A DNA stretch of 64,000 bases from contig JBMOPU010000012.1 of NCBI GenBank assembly GCA_049322955.1, positions 311,032 through 375,031 on the forward strand, given 5' to 3'. Of the stretch, positions 63,090 through 64,000 are shown piece by piece. The stretch is from Patescibacteria group bacterium. Lineage in GTDB: Bacteria; Patescibacteriota; Microgenomatia; UBA10105; UBA927. The notes under the pieces are model-generated. The model was not told the DNA's origin. It saw nothing but the letters and a program-made list of their open reading frames with translations, and ran no database searches. Position 1 is the first letter of the stretch. Every line of letters starts with the position of its first letter. A program made the translations under genes and the position numbers.

Positions 63090-63680
63090 GTTGTCCTCCA
63101 TTTTCCATTCATCATGGAAACGGGGTTTGCCATCGGATGTGACGTGCGTCATTAATCCGGTGACCTCTGTTGGTTTTACGGCAACCTCTAGACCACGGGC
63201 AACCCATGGTTTCGATCGGCAATGTCTGTCAGATTGGAAGGCGAAACAGGCTTCCGTTGACAGCTGACTTTTTCAAGATAAGCCCATATGGTGACCTACC
63301 TTGTGTCGTGCTTGGCATCACCTCCTTTGTGTGATGTTTTTAATTTTTTTGTTGAAAAAATGACAATTTCATTTATTCAATTTCCATATTTTCTTTCCCC
63401 ATTTGTATCGTTGTTATTCCCCTTTCTATGGGGAGCAAATACGCTCCGCATAAAGGGGGGAATAACGGTCAGTAGGGGAATACATCATTGGTTTGGAGGT
63501 TGTACGAACTATACCTTTGTCTTGTTAAAGTGCATGCACCGTTTTTCCGTAACTGCCGCGAATAGCAGGGGAAAAAGTTCTGCATAAAAAAACCGGGTTA
63601 TTTGTGCCCGGAAGCAATGATTATAGGCTCAGATTAACCCTACTGTCAAGGCTAAATAGGGCAAAAACGAGAGAGCACTG

Positions 63681-63947
63681 CTACCGAAAGTGCCGGGGCT
63701 TGGGCAAAGATATCATGCGGTCCATACGCGGCTGTCTTCGCGGGAATCCGTGGTGTTCGTATTCCTCGGGTGATGCTACCCGCATATGGTGTTTGCGAAA
63801 ATACGCTTCCAGAGCAGGACGGATACTTTCAGGGTCGACGCTTCGGTTAACGATATCGCTGACGTCTGCCAGATGCGGGTGCCCTTTATCGTCAAAAACA
63901 AGGATTTGTTTCAGGGCTTCCGGGATCATCAATTTCCATGATAGCAC
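63681..63947 (-). CDS. Hypothetical protein
   Basis: ORF only; start uncertain near the window edge. Confidence 0.4.
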   Translation of the reverse strand: MLSWKLMIPEALKQILVFDDKGHPHLADVSDIVNRSVDPESIRPALEAYFRKHHMRVASPEEYEHHGFPRRQPRMDRMISLPKPRHFR

Positions 63948-64000
63948 GAGCGTATCGGCGGATTATCTTGTGCGGGGGTATTTTTGGTGTTTTTGGCGTC

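Noticed and set aside
42454-63530. Further 10-11-nt matches between cassette flanks (CTTGTTAAAG at 42454 and 63521; TCCCGATAAA at 42748 and 44929; GACAAAGGTAT at 62305 and 63511)
   Set aside because: Matches this short are expected by chance over a few kb of non-coding DNA; only the 14-mer was kept.

Overview
Chromosomal window from a small-genome bacterium using the standard genetic code. The gene content (split ComEC, sortase, DUF11, many lineage-specific orphans, many apparently leaderless genes) fits Patescibacteria/CPR, probably Microgenomates-like; this is inference. Housekeeping anchors are leuS, comEA/comEC/MBL, argS, lepA, an NRAMP-MgtE/CBS pair, an M16 peptidase and an adenylate-kinase-like gene. 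Highlights: (1) A >1033-aa minus-strand gene missing from the ORF track (3100 to <1). It fuses a tyrosine-recombinase N-terminal SAM-like DNA-binding domain, without a catalytic domain in the visible part, to a TM helix and about 249 uninterrupted Gly-X-Y collagen triplets. A dif-like site and an inverted repeat lie upstream. (2) Three 'cassettes' (39.2-45.5 kb and 62.1-63.6 kb) of secreted or lipoprotein genes, one with a Chloroflexi-like signal peptide. They share leader motifs and sit among long, densely structured non-coding DNA, including a ~680-nt candidate large RNA at 42125-42801. (3) A T-box-controlled argH-argG operon with two different transcarbamylases. (4) Two neighbouring unrelated proteins ending in the same C-terminal motif PxHSNTxRITF, conserved through synonymous codons. 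(5) A 1939-aa effector-like protein with an embedded GT-A domain. No rRNA, tRNA, CRISPR array or transposase was seen. Domain calls come from motif recognition by eye, not database searches.
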